Shown piece by piece: positions 22,301 through 35,276 of a DNA stretch of 53,632 nt. Position numbers and translations under genes: made by a program. Origin of the DNA: Nemertoderma westbladi (taxonomy: Eukaryota; Animalia; Xenacoelomorpha); the NCBI GenBank assembly GCA_032718475.1, contig JAUCBJ010004845.1, positions 1 to 53,632 on the forward strand, given 5' to 3'. Numbering within the stretch: position 1 is the stretch's first letter; each line of letters opens with the position of its first letter. The notes beneath the pieces were generated by a model that was given only the letters and a program-made list of their open reading frames with translations, was not told the DNA's origin and ran no database searches.

Positions 22301-24331
22301 AGCAGTAAATCAGGGCCACAAGATGAAGTTCCGAATGGGATGGAGATTCGAAAAATTAAGACAACGGTCTGAATCACCAGGATGAAGGTCTGTCACATGT
22401 GGCGAAGAGGAACTTGTCTAAGAAATTTGATTATTTAAATAGTTTTTGCTAAACACCTCATCAATATTATTATTTAATTATCCGAACATGAACATGGTTC
22501 AGGAATATCAACAATGCCTGACAACAATGTTTCTGCTCGCCAGTAGTCTGCCATATATCAGTATCATGCACAGGCTGATCAGTTCTGCAATAACAGTGGT
22601 CAAACAATCTCATCCGCAGCCTCTGTAGGGTGGTATTGGGTTTTTAAGATTTTACAATGACTTGTTTGTAAAGTGAGCATTATATTTTATGCCATTAACC
22701 CTCTGCCTTGGTGTATTGGTGTGTATGTACCTTCAATTGACCTGGTATCTTATATGTACAATAAGAGCCTAGCACGGACTGCCTTATAAAGCGGTGCAGT
22801 GTATTGGTGGTTTTTCTCTACTTCTATCCATCCATCCTACCTACATTATGTTGATCAAGAGACATTCATAGTACATAGTCTACCAGAATAATGATGAGGA
22901 AGAGATGATGCGTTTCACCTTGAAGGTAAGTAACTCCATGACACTTAAAACGGGTCTGTATCTCCATCTCTTACATAGACAAATGTTGTGTATGGTGGCC
23001 CATCGGGCTCACTGCTTTTTTAAATGAAAATATTATTTTAGATTACAAACAAAACATGTAATTTCAAAAATTGAAATTACAACTTGAAAAACAAATATGT
23101 GGATTTCAAAGTCAATTTTCAATTGGAAACTGTAAATCGCAAATCAAGAATTGAAATCATATTTTACACGTGGCCCATTGAGCTCACTATATATTTGCAA
23201 AGGTCAAATCAAATTCTGTGGGCCAACGAGCTCACTATGACAGCACTGTCTGACTGTATTGTAGGCCTACCGGAAAGAGGCCTATAGTACTGCAGTGCAG
23301 CAGTATGGAACCAAACCTGGAAACTGCCACCGCTATCCAGCTTTCAGTGTCTAGCTATTGCAGTATTGTTCTATTGTAGTACAGCATATTGACAGTACTC
23401 CAGTACAGCAGTACAGGTACACGGTACACATGTCGTAACCATTATATTTATTCGTGTCGGCATCTAGATCTACCATTGACTGGTTGACCGTCACCGCAGT
23501 ACCGGCAGACTGATATTCCAGGCAGCCAGGTAGGCCTACTACTGGCAGAATAACCTGAGAGGAAGTACTATTGCAGTTGCAGTATTGTGTACCGGTAAGA
23601 ACATTGTGTACCTGTACTGGAGTACTGTCAATACGCTGTACTACAATACAATAAGATAAGATAAGATATGTATATATTTACTACTTGAAGAAATCATAAC
23701 CATATTGACATGCATCATAATATAATTATATAAAACTTAAACAAGCGATAGTATAAATTCATCATGCAGATGGAGGCCAGACGGGTTGAACCCATTATTT
23801 CGGACACCATACTAATACTACAAAAGTTACTGTACTACACTACTGTGACTGTACTAATCATAATTTAATTATCATAATAAATAATGTAATCATAATCATG
23901 AAAATTATTAATATGTAAGGATTATAAATTTCTACAATATTAAATAAATCAATTTTAAACTAAATTAAATTAAATGTTTTGTATTTATGTTGAATAATTA
24001 TTAATTATTAATGTTCTTCAAGTATGTCGAAGAGGCCGCTTTTGTTAGTGGAGTCTACAGTTCCTAGGATCGAGGCCGAAAATTATTTAGTATTTTAAAT
24101 GTATTTTAAATTTCAATATTTACTATTTATATATTATTATGCTAAAGTTTGGTACCATTTAAAGGCTATTTGAAATTACGCAGACAGACATAGACAATCA
24201 AATAACATATTGCCTCATACAAACACCCCCCCCCCCCCCCCCTCTCTCACTTCTTAAGTTCCTTTAACTCTAAACTAACTAGTTTAATTATTAATGCAGA
24301 CAAATTATGAAAAATAAATGAAAATAACTTC

Positions 24332-27300
24332 TTATGTATCTAACAATAAACCAATCATGTGGTTACGTATTCTTGTTTTGAAAATAGGTAGTGATTGAGC
24401 TTGTCGCACTTCAGTGGGAAGAGTGTTCCAAATTTTTGGAGATTGATGATAAATTGAACTTTGGCGTATTTTTAATCTGCTCCTGGGTATGTAACAGTTA
24501 TCAAGTAGATGGGCATTGCGAGTAGAATGAGAGTGAATTGAAGTTAACGGTGTCAAAAGGTTGGGGAGAATATTACTAGGGAGAATTTGTTTGATATATT
24601 TAAAGCATATCGTGCTAATTTGTATTGTATAAATCGATATTAGTAGCATAGGTTTAAAAATAGGATCACGTTTGTTAATGTATGCAATTATACGCTGTTG
24701 TTGTTTACTGAGTGAGAAAATTGCAGCAGAGGCAGAGTGTAATTTAACTCCGCGTAGTCGTTTTTTACGCCATTTGGTATGGGATCGCCCATTATTGTTA
24801 GGTTGAAGAAGGACTGTGCTTGTGTTCCACATACGATTACCCCATACTGATGTGCAATAGGACAAATAAGGATGAATTAGTGAGTAGTAAAGATTGGTTA
24901 GTTTATAATCCCGCAGTTTCTACTTATTTTACGCTTCAACATATTCAGGTGATTTTTCCAGGAAAGTGTTTCGTCGAGTAATACACCAAGAAATTTAACT
25001 TCTTCTTTTTTTATCAATTGATTTCCTGTCAATATTAATAGTATTGTTATTAATGTTAATTGGTTTAGTAGATGCTCTGAAGATAATGTAATTTGTTTTA
25101 TCTGTATTAAGGGATAGGCGGTTCAAGTGGAACCACCTGGAAATTTTGGATAATTCAGAATTAGCCATTTTGAAAAGGTTATCGATATCAGAATGTGAGA
25201 CTATGAGATTTGTGTCATCAGCGAATATAATGTACTTTAAAATGTTAGCTACATTGACTATATCATTCACATATAGTAGGAATAGAAGAGGCCCAAGGAT
25301 ACTTCCCTGGGGCACACCTATAGTAATAGTACGCAGTCCAGATTTGGTCCTATTAATTTCTACATATTGTTGACGTCCAGTGAGATAGTTATTCAGCCAA
25401 TTCAGTGGGGTCTCAGTGATACCATAAAATTTAAGTTTGTCAATTAGTATGTTATGTGGAACTGTATCAAATGCCTTAGATAGGTCAATTGATATGCCTA
25501 AACTAAATTCTTTATCATCTAATTAATGCCTTAGTTACGATATCCAGTAGATTCAGCAGGGCCAGTTCAGTTGACCTGCCATGACGAAATCCATATTGGT
25601 TAACTGTAAGTATTGACTGTTTGGTTATGTATTGTAGAATTTGATTAAAAACGACCTTTTCAAACATTTTTGAAAAGAATGGTAGAACTGAAATAGGACG
25701 ATAGTTTTTTGTCCAAGTAGGGTCTCCTGACTTAAAAATAGGTATTATACGACCAATTTTTATAGCATCTGGAACACAACCAGTATTTAGGGAGTTATTT
25801 ATAATACTTGCTAAAGGCCTAGCTACGCTATGTATAACTGGAATAATTATTTTTCCAGCCAGTCCATCATGACCACAGCTAGCCTTTTTGTTTAGTGTCC
25901 GAGTGACATCAATAAGTTGATTGACAGTTATTTTAGTAAATGTGGAAAAGCGCTCTGGAAATTTAGGTGGAGTCAAGTAGTCCAGAGGAGAACCATCTGT
26001 GGGATATTCGCATCGAGATTGGAACCAACTTTTACATAATAGTCATTAAACATCGTAGCTATGGTAGAGGGATCAACATATGAGCGGGAATTTTGATTAA
26101 TTAATGTTGGGGAGGTATTGGTAGATTTTCTATTTATTAATAAGTTTATTGATTTCCACATATTTCTAGCATTATTCTTATTCTTATCTAAATTGTTTTG
26201 AAAATATTCTTTTTTTGCATGTTGTATTGCACTTTATTTTGTTTCTATGTCGCCGAAATTTTTTATTATTATCATCCGATGGATTCTTAATGTATAGGTA
26301 ATAAAGATTATCCTTTCGTTTGATACAACGCTGCAATCCCTCGCTAATCCATGGTGTATTGATATTTCTTATTTTAACTTTTTTAATTGGAAATGTAGAA
26401 CTGTATAATTTTATGAAAGTGTTTGTGAACAAATCATAGGCTAAGTTAGGATTTGCAGCATTAGAGTAAACATCCTCCCATTTTTCAATACGTAACAAGT
26501 TATTAAAGATTAGTGAGTCATTTATTTTTCGTGTTAATATGTGTTTTTCCGTTTTTGTTTCTTATTAAGTGGTAATGGGTTATCCAGTAGGAATATTGGT
26601 AAGTGATCCGTGATTGCAGTAATAAATATACCAGATTCGGTATCTTTGGATATAGTATTACAGTATATGTTATCAATACACGAAGCTGAATTCTCAGTAA
26701 TTCGAGTTGGTTTTGATATGGTTGGAAAAAAATTAAAGGAGCAAAAAAAGTTAAAAAAATCTTCTGTGTGAGCATGGCGATCCATTTTTAAAAGATCAAC
26801 ATTGAAGTCTCCCATAATGTAGCAAATTTTACCCTCATCCGATATTTTTTTTAATACTGGTTCAAGTTTTGTGATAGTATCTTGAATGTCTAGTCCAGGT
26901 GGGCGGTAGACCACGCCAACAATTATGTTTTTCGATTTGGCCTGTGTGATTTCTACAAATAAAATTTGTGCATCGTAGTCATTCGATCTTTTGATGTTTA
27001 GGTCCTTTCTCTGTATTACTGACATATTTTTATCAACATAGAGACAAATTCCACCACCACTCTCTTTCGTTCTACTTTAAAAAAAAGCATCATAACCAAG
27101 TATGTTAAATTTAGTCCTATCGTGTTTGTTTTCATCTATCCAAGTTTCAGACAGACCTATGATATTGAACTTGTTTTTTATTTGGTCTAAGAAAGAAAGT
27201 GTTTGATCGAAATGTGCATTTAGACTACGTGAGTTAAAATGTATTAATGAGTTTGTTAGGCTGTACATTATTAAATTTTGAGTTAAAATCGTCATAAAAA

Positions 27301-27754
27301 TGATAATTACAGTTACGAATAGCTGAAAAATCAGACTGAAGGTTTGAGTCAGGGTTAAAGTTGTTATCAAAATCCATTCCTGTCGAAGTGGTATTGTATG
27401 GTTTAAATAGCATACTATCAAGTGCTCGATATTAAGTGCTGAAGGAATTCTATAGTCTATTAGTGTTAATTTGAATTCGTCATTATCCTGTATCCATAAA
27501 AAAGGCAGGTTGTCGGCTAGACATTCAGGACAGTACCAATTGAGATTTGATTTCTGAAAATATCTATAATCTGTTGTGTTTAGAGATGGAGTAAAGCGTT
27601 TCGTGTGATACCATTGTAGGCAGATGTCACAGCAGAGAGCTGCATGGTTTTTCCCCACTGAAATGTGACAGGTCTCACATGGATATTTTTGGAATTTCGC
27701 ATTTGATGGTAAAAATGACCCGGTGGATCCTGTAAATTTAGGTTGTACTGCCAT
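24332..27754 (-). pseudogene. LINE ORF2: PHD finger + APE endonuclease + reverse transcriptase, multiply frameshifted
   Basis: CETC..CCDICLQWYH..WYCPEC; HFNSRSL, GLSETW, VYRPP, GDFNVDLL, PTRIT..CIDNI, TDHLP; NYRPIS, QYGFR, DLSKAFD, PQGSILGPLLF, FADDTN, WNTLP. Confidence 0.95.
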
Positions 27755-28247
27755 AATAATTAAGATAGCTTAAAAAAAATACAATAAAGTAAATAAAATA
27801 ACGACAAAATATACATACAAAATACAATACATACAGTACACATACATCCCCATACAACCCCCCCCCCCCCCACCCCAAATACACATTTAACACCACAGAA
27901 AACAAATATACAAAACACAAACATAAAAATATACTGTACAATCCACAATGAACATGCAAGGCATCTAAAAGCACGACTATGTGTATAAGATTGAATCTGG
28001 TAACTGGCATATCTATTATTTTCTACAATATAAGGTATTATGATACATCTACTAGGTAATTTAAAATTTACAATTAAGTAGAAGATATTATAATAATAGC
28101 AATTGAGTATGCATGAAATATTGATGATTATCGTATTAGGTCGATTTATTACTTATTGTCTGATCACTGTAAACCTACGAAATAAAACTTGATAAATTTA
28201 CATCTATAGGATCGAAATATGAAGTAAAGTAAAATATTATATTGCTA

Positions 28248-29466
28248 TTAATGCCAATTGCCTGGCCGGGTTGCATAGTAACCGGGTACAGGCATGTAAG
28301 GATTATTTTGCCACATCAACGGAGACGACATAGAGAAATGTTGAGGTGGTGTAGCGAAACCATCGACATTAAAACGATTGGTAGTGGGTATTACTCCTCT
28401 AGGGATGAAAGGCGAGTGGATGTCGTCGGAAGCGAATTGCGGGTTGGAGTGGAACCGATTTCCACTAATGGCAACACCAGGGCGCCATTGAGGTGATGGT
28501 CCCCTCCTGGACGGAGTAGCGACGGACGTTGCAACATGCTTCTTTGCAGTTGTAACATTTTCAGAAATAGAATCTGGCTTTGTATGATTCATAGAGGATT
28601 CTAGGCGATGTATATCTTCCATAGATCGTATCACAATTGGATCTTTGTCTTTCGATTTACGGAGGAAAGTTGTCCCCTGACGAGTCCAACAGAAACTGAA
28701 CTCGTGCTTTTTCTTGAATATTAGAGCAGCATTAAGAATCTTCTTGTTCGTGTCGCTTAAATCCTCGTTTATGTATATCTTTGACCCTTGTAGTCCGGTT
28801 GGTAGATCTATTGGATTAGTAAACAAATGACGTCGGTTTATTATCAGATTATTTCGAGTTCTATGGTTAACAAACCTGTAAATCACAGAACGTGGTCGTG
28901 TAGCTCTCGGTTTATCGTGATTTTTGGGTTCAACGAAGCGGAGCCGATGCGGTGGCAGTCCTCGATTTCCGACGCAGCGATGTCAACCCCTACCTTTTCT
29001 CCTATATCAATCACAAGGCGCTCAAGGTTATCCCGGTCATTTCTTCCGGAATCCCATTAATTATAATGTTGTTATTACGCGAATGCTGCTCCAGTTTGTT
29101 GACTGAGCCTGAAAGCGTGGATACTTCCGATTAGAGTTGATTGACTTTAACTTTTAGTGTGTTGTTCTCTGCTGACAGAGTGGAGATGACTGTACGGAAT
29201 TCGTCATACTTTTCAGCAAGGAAATCCTGACTATGTTCGATGTCTGTGAGTTTATTTGTAATCGAATTTAGAGTCAATGAGTGTGCTTCTACGGGTTCTT
29301 TAATTGATGAGAGTTCCTGGTGGATGAAATCCTTGAGCGAGGTTATATTATCTTTGACATCATCAAGTTGTGATGTCGACTGTCTTGTTGGGGTCCGGTA
29401 CTGGGTTTGGAGCTGGACCGGGGAAATAAAAACATTGGGAGTAGTAGATTGGTTCACCATATGCTG
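28248..29466 (-). pseudogene. LINE ORF1 (coiled coil + L1-type RRM + C-terminal domain), 5'-truncated and frameshifted
   Basis: IEHSQDFLAEKYDEF coiled coil; SRNNIIINGIPE; DCHRIG; KIYINEDLS..N; FCWTRQG..FLRK. Confidence 0.88.
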
Positions 29467-29590
29467 CAATGCTGCAATAGCTAGCTAGATAGCAGTGGCG
29501 GTTTCCGGGTTTGGTACCATACTGCTGCACTGCAGTACTATAGGCCTCTTTCCGGTAGGCCTACAACAGTCAGACAGTGCTGTCATACTG

Positions 29591-29786
29591 TAATTTGATT
29601 GCACATAATACTTTAATTTGATTGCACATAATACTTTAATTTGATTGCACATAATACTTTAATTTGATTGCACATAATACTTTAATTTGATTGCACATAT
29701 TACTTTAATTTGATTGCACATAATACTTTAATTTGATTGCACATAATACTTTAATTTGATTGCACATAATACTTTAATTGATTGCA
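29591..29786. repeat. 23-bp minisatellite (TAATTTGATTGCACATAATACTT)n, ~8.5 copies
   Basis: Period of 23 read at 29591/29614. Confidence 0.96.
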
Positions 29787-30869
29787 ACATTATCAAATAG
29801 GTGATTACCTAGGCATCAAGGATCTTAAAAATGCTTGGGCATGAACATTAACTTGGGCATGGGCATCAACATTTATTAAAACATAGTCATATGCTGTGAA
29901 GAAGTCAACACAGATATGGCACAAAAATGTAATTACATTAATTAATAGTATTTGTTCTAATACATTGCACTGTACTGTATGCTAGTAAATGTTCCAGTTC
30001 GACCGCATACTACTATAGATTTTCATACAGTATATCCATAGTAATAGTTAATCAAGCTGCTGGATAATGATTTCCAGATAATTTTGGACCTTCTTCCTGG
30101 CCATTCGGCCCTTCAGCATGTGGAATGATAAACAACAGGTGTCCTTTATATTACAAAACATGTCCTTTACGCACCCAAGACGAAGGTCTGAATGGGATGA
30201 AAGTCAGAATAGGACAAAGGTCCTAAAAACGCTTCCACGATGACCACTTACAGACCTACATCTCATTTGGAGCTTAGATGTGACCCAATACCTAAATTTC
30301 TAGTTTTATTAACTATTACTGTCTTCAATACTCGAGGTCCAGGTCCAGGTCGAGGTCGGTCTAAAATATCAGGTTGCTGCATGCATTTATTTATTGAGCC
30401 TGGGTTGCTCATCAGCCATAGGAAATTTAGTTTTGCTACATTTACCAAATTGCAAGCTAATCCAATGCTGACCTGTAATTCCTTCTTCACCCAGAGGGAA
30501 ATCCTTACTGTAAATCAGTGTGTGTGGTCCAATCATGGCAGAATTGCCTTAGATAACGACTTCAGCCATATAATTCATTCCTTAGGCACCGATGCACTTG
30601 CAATGGCCGTGATTGATGTATGCATGGTTGCATCCATATGCCTACCAGTTAGGGGTGGGGAGTTTGTCCTAAAAACATGTCAGAAACATTAATTGTTCAA
30701 AAACCTGCTCTGTGGAATAGTGAATAGGACCTATATGTAAATTTTAACAGTGATAAAAATAATGTACTTAATTGTTCACAAACAAATATAGTGGTTGGTG
30801 TAAGTGTTGCCTTTTGCCACATTGAACATTATAAGTTAAATTTACTATACTTTACTAAATCAAGTGACT

Positions 30870-32790
30870 TACTATTACTTCAACAGCTACAAATTGCAGA
30901 ACAAGATCTTGAATTTCTGAACAATCTGTCAGAAGGAAACTTCAGTCTTGGGTTCTCTATTGTCGACTTGGAATCCAAAATGCTTATCGGCAGGCCCTAC
31001 GGTGGGTTGGCTCTACAATGTAGGAAATCGTTGGGTGCGAGCTATGTATGAGTGCTTGACTCATCAGACCATTGACTACTAGTGCTTAAAATTACCCCGC
31101 CTAATGGCCAGGAGTTTATTTTGATCAATGCTTACCTCCCGTATGAATGTAATGATAATGCGGATGATTATTTGGATTACTTAGCGAAGCTGGTCACTAT
31201 TGTGGAACTAGCGGAATTTAATAATGTTTGAATTGTTGGTGATTTAAATGCCAATCCGTCATGTGGCCTCTTTATAGTGACAGTATAGTCTGTGACGAAT
31301 TTCGACTTGTGATTCTGGACCACGAGTCACTCCCATCTAATATATTTACCTACATTAATTCCACTACCGGATCTGTGTCATGGTTGGATCATTTCCTTTG
31401 TACCGGGTCTATGAAACATTTAATTAAAAACATGAGTGATAACTACTCGATTGTTTTTGACGACCATCTTCCATTCACAATTGAGATAGATATAACTAAC
31501 TATCTCTTCAACTGACAGAATCAATAATGAACCAGCGCCTCCAAAAGGGTGTTGACCAGAGGTCTAACGCATCCTCATTTAACCTGGGTTGTTACAGGAG
31601 TAATGCTGCCGACAGAAACATTACAATGTACTGATCCTGTGTGTATCAATCAATTGCACAAGGAGGCACTAACGAAATTATATTCTGATACTCTCCGAAT
31701 TATCAAAGATGCGGCGGACAGCTCGATTCCACTGAAACGCCTTCTCCCTGGGATGAGTAATATCAATAACTCTCATAACGTTCCTGGGTGGAACGATGAG
31801 GCAAGTAATCTACATCGTGTAGCGCACGATTCGTTTCTTAACAGGAGCACCAGTAAACAACCCAGCAGGGCAAGGTAAAACGCAATGTGGTCGATGCAAT
31901 ACAACAATACTGAAGAAACTGAACAATACTGTAATATACCAAATGGTAGTATGGTAATATATGATATAATACACAGACCGGTAAACAGTACACAGAGTCT
32001 AGGTACCGTGAACAGTGCAGTGGTGCCTACGCGCACCACGGCCTACTATACATACATAATATATATGTACTAAATGGCGGAGAGCCAATCGTAGTCCTGG
32101 CAGTGGGCCTTTTTATTAGTTTATTTAAAATAATCTGTATGGTGGAGAGCCAATGGTAGTCCTGGCAGTGGGCCTTTATTTATTTTAAATAATGAGTACT
32201 GATAGATCGCAGTTTAAACGTAAGCTACGCAATATAAAGCGGGACGCTGATACCTTTCAGAATAATAAACTGGCTGGCATTAAAGATAATAATTGTTTAT
32301 AAGTTTTGGAATAATGTGGGTAGGCATAATTCTGATAAGACTGCCCCTTCCAATACAATAAGTAGTGCTATCAGTGTGAAAAATGTTAGGAACATGTGGG
32401 GCGACAATTTTAAATATATTCAACAGATCTACCATGGGCCCATTATGTTAATGATAATGTATCAAGTGCAATTGATTATAAAACCTACAGTAGTGACATT
32501 ATTTTCTCAGGTAATGAAATTCGTACTTAAATTCAAATAAAGCGGCAGGGCTGTATGGTGAAACTGCAGAGCAAATTAAGAATGCTATTGGCAGAATTTT
32601 TGTCCTGTCCTATTATCGCTAATTTTTACTGGGTGTAATATTCATGGCTTTTTACCGGACGAAATGATTTCGTCCAATATTAGCCCCATTATTAAAGATA
32701 AAGCTGGGGACATTACCGACAAAGGTAATTATCGCCCCATAGCCGTAGGGAATATAATTTGAAAGCTCTACGAGTTGGTGATTCTCAATT
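30870..32790 (+). mobile_element. Heavily decayed non-LTR retrotransposon ORF2 (APE + tether + start of RT), clade uncertain
   Basis: GRPYGGLA, INAYLPY, IVGDLNA, FTY..SWLDHF, DHLP, VPGWND, PIIKDKAGDITDKGNYRPIA, with many stops and a 229-bp insertion. Confidence 0.85.
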
Positions 32791-32871
32791 TGCATAATTT
32801 CGTGCAACCCATGTGCCCTCCAGTCTCTATTAGATATTTGTAGTGACTATGGTAAAGTTAACTTTATTTAA

Positions 32872-33530
32872 GGGGGGGGGGGGGGGGTACACCATTTCTG
32901 TCCAAAATATGTCGTCTTTTAGTTTTCATGTTATAACAATTTCCATTTAGGGATTCCTATTGAAATTACTATTACTATGTATAATGAAAGGTCGATTAGC
33001 TCTGAGTTAAATATTTTTTTTATGAAATTGTCAACTTCAAAACCCTACTACTTCTACAATTTTTGAGCAATTAGACTGAAACTTTCTGTGGGAGTCTACA
33101 TAACCACCCTGCATAAATGTTTCAGACAACTTTTCGAAATTTTTTGTTAATAAAATTTAATACTATTTATAACAAACCTAAAAATTTTTCAAAAATTTGC
33201 AGCGCCACCTAGCGGTGCAGAATTATTTTCACAAAATTTCGCCTGATAGTTATGTTGCCCCATCTTTTGTCTATAATATAAAAAAACTTTCATGTGATTC
33301 GATTCAAAACTGTAAAAGCCTTAGGGTTTTAAGCGCAACCAAGTTTTTTTATTGTTAACTAGTATTAACTAATATTAAATTAATTAAATAATTAAAATTA
33401 ATTTTGTTTCTGACCTGTCATGTAGAATAGCATCTTAGGCACCTATATTCAAAATTTTTGCCAAAACCAAACAAATTTTGAAACGCTGAGTGATAAATCG
33501 AGGAGTTGTCCGAAAATGGTGAATACTAAT
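32872..33530. mobile_element. Possible Kolobok-like non-autonomous DNA element fragment
   Basis: Starts TTAA|GGGG..TACACCATTT; weak inverted AAAATGGTG near 33515; no right TTAA found. Confidence 0.25.
33202..33215 (-). promoter_or_regulatory. CTCF-like core motif
   Basis: GCGCCACCTAGCGG = reverse complement of CCGCTAGGTGGCGC. Motif match only. Confidence 0.3.
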
Positions 33531-33559
33531 GTTAGTCAGTAACTATTAGTAAGTATTTA

Positions 33560-34812
33560 TTAGTTAGTCAGTAAGTTTGTTATTGGCTCTCCTTGGTTAG
33601 TCAGTAAGTTTGTTATTGGCTCTCCTTGGTTAGTCAGTTAGTTTGTTATTGGCTCTCCTTGGTCAGTCAGTTAGTTTGTTATTGGCTCTCCTTGATTAGT
33701 CAGTTAGTTTGTTATTGGCTCTCCTTGGTTAGTCAGTTAGTTTGTTATTGGCTATCATTGGTTAGTCAGTTAGTTTGTTACTGGCTCTCCTTGGTTAGTC
33801 AGTTAGTTTGTTATTGGCTCTCCTTGGTTAGTCAGTTAGGTTGTTATTGGCTCTCCTTGGTTAGTCAGTTAGTTTGTTATTGGCTATCCTTGGTTAGTCA
33901 GTTAGGTTGTTATTGGCTCTCCTTGGTTAGTCAGTTAGTTTGTTATTGGCTCTCCTTGGTTAGTCAGTTAGGTTGTTATTGGCTATCCTTGGTTAGTCAG
34001 TTAGGTTGTTATTGGCTCTCCTTGGTTAGTCAGTTTGTTTGTTATTGGCTCTCCTTGGTTAGTCAGTTAGTTTGTTATTGGCTATCCTTGGTTAGTCAGT
34101 TAGGTTGTTATTGGCTCTCCTTGGTTAGTCAGTTAGTTTGTTATTGGCTCTCCTTGGTTAGTCAGTTAGGTTGTTATTGGCTCTCCTTGGTTAGTCAGTT
34201 AGTTTGTTATTGGCTCTCCTTGGTTAGTCAGTTAGGTTGTTATTGGCTCTCCTTGGTTAGTCAGTTAGTTTGTTATTGGCTCTCCTTGGTTAGTCAGTTA
34301 GGTTGTTATTGGCTCTCCTTGGTTAGTCAGTTAGTTTGTTATTGGCTCTCCTTGGTCAGTCAGTTAGTTTGTTATTGGCTCTCCTTGGTCAGTCAGTTAG
34401 TTTGTTATTGGCTCTCCTTGATTAGTCAGTTAGTTTGTTATTGGCTCTCCTTGGTTAGTCAGTTAGTTTGTTATTGGCTCTCCTTGGTTAGTCAGTTAGT
34501 TTGTTATTGGCTCTCCTTGGTTAGTCAGTTAGTTTGTTATTGGCTCTCCTTGGTTAGTCAGTTAGTTTGTTATTGGCTCTCCTTGGTTAGTCAGTTAGTT
34601 TGTTATTGGCTCTCCTTGGTTAGTCAGTTAGTTTGTTATTGGCTCCCTTGGTTAGTCAGTTAGTTTGTTATTGGCTCTCCTTGGTTAGTCAGTTAGTTTG
34701 TTATTGGCTCTCCTTGATTAGTCAGTTAGTTTGTTATTGGCTCTCCTTGGTTAGTCAGTTAGTTTGTTATTGGCTCTCCTTCGTTAGTCAGTTAGTTTGT
34801 TATTGGCTCTCA
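33560..34812. repeat. 33-bp minisatellite (TTGGTTAGTCAGTTAGTTTGTTATTGGCTCTCC)n, ~38 copies
   Basis: Direct reading; it gives the 11-aa LVSQLVCYWLS pseudo-ORF. Confidence 0.98.
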
Positions 34813-35276
34813 TTATTGTACTGGAATAACAATTGTCAGAAGGTATATCAAAATGCAGCGGGATATCTTAATTGGACAACCACCCCAACATAGGCCATGT
34901 ATGCTGCAGCAGATTGGAAGCCTGCAGCTACAATGTGTTCATTGCAATTATCTTAGTTCGATTAAATGGACTCAGTTGATTATGATGCAGAAATATAATA
35001 ATAATAGATTGATTAGGCAAATATAAATAATTATATGCACTCCATTATATCTTCACACATTAAAGATCAACGACCCAGTGTCGCCCTTTCATATTTTATC
35101 CAATAGAACATTGAAATTTTGTATGTGAACAAAAATCTTTATATATACATTCGAGTCATATGAAAGATATATTGTTATAAAATATATTGCAATGGACATG
35201 GCGAGTGTATAACGAACTGTTGCTGTAGTTCTACTGATATCAATATTATTATTATTGATATATACATATTGATATA

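Larger units (their letters stand above)
23650..29466 (-). mobile_element. Near full-length decayed CR1/L2-group (Crack/Daphne-like) LINE, ~5.8 kb
   Basis: ORF1 and ORF2 relics in order, long 3' UTR, and a (TCTTA)n tail at ~23650-23668. Confidence 0.93.
23236..29587. mobile_element. Palindromic MITE (~540 bp when reconstructed) split by a LINE insertion
   Basis: Left arm 23236-~23420 is inverted relative to 23606-23650 plus 29467-29587 (TATGACAGCACTGTCTGACTG..GGCCTACCGGAAAGAGGCCTATAGTACTGCAGTGCAGCAGTATGG). Confidence 0.85.

Noticed and set aside
33626-34893. 345-aa and 86-aa ORFs (LVSQLVCYWLS)n as genes
   Set aside because: Translation of a 33-bp minisatellite; non-ATG starts and no unique domain.
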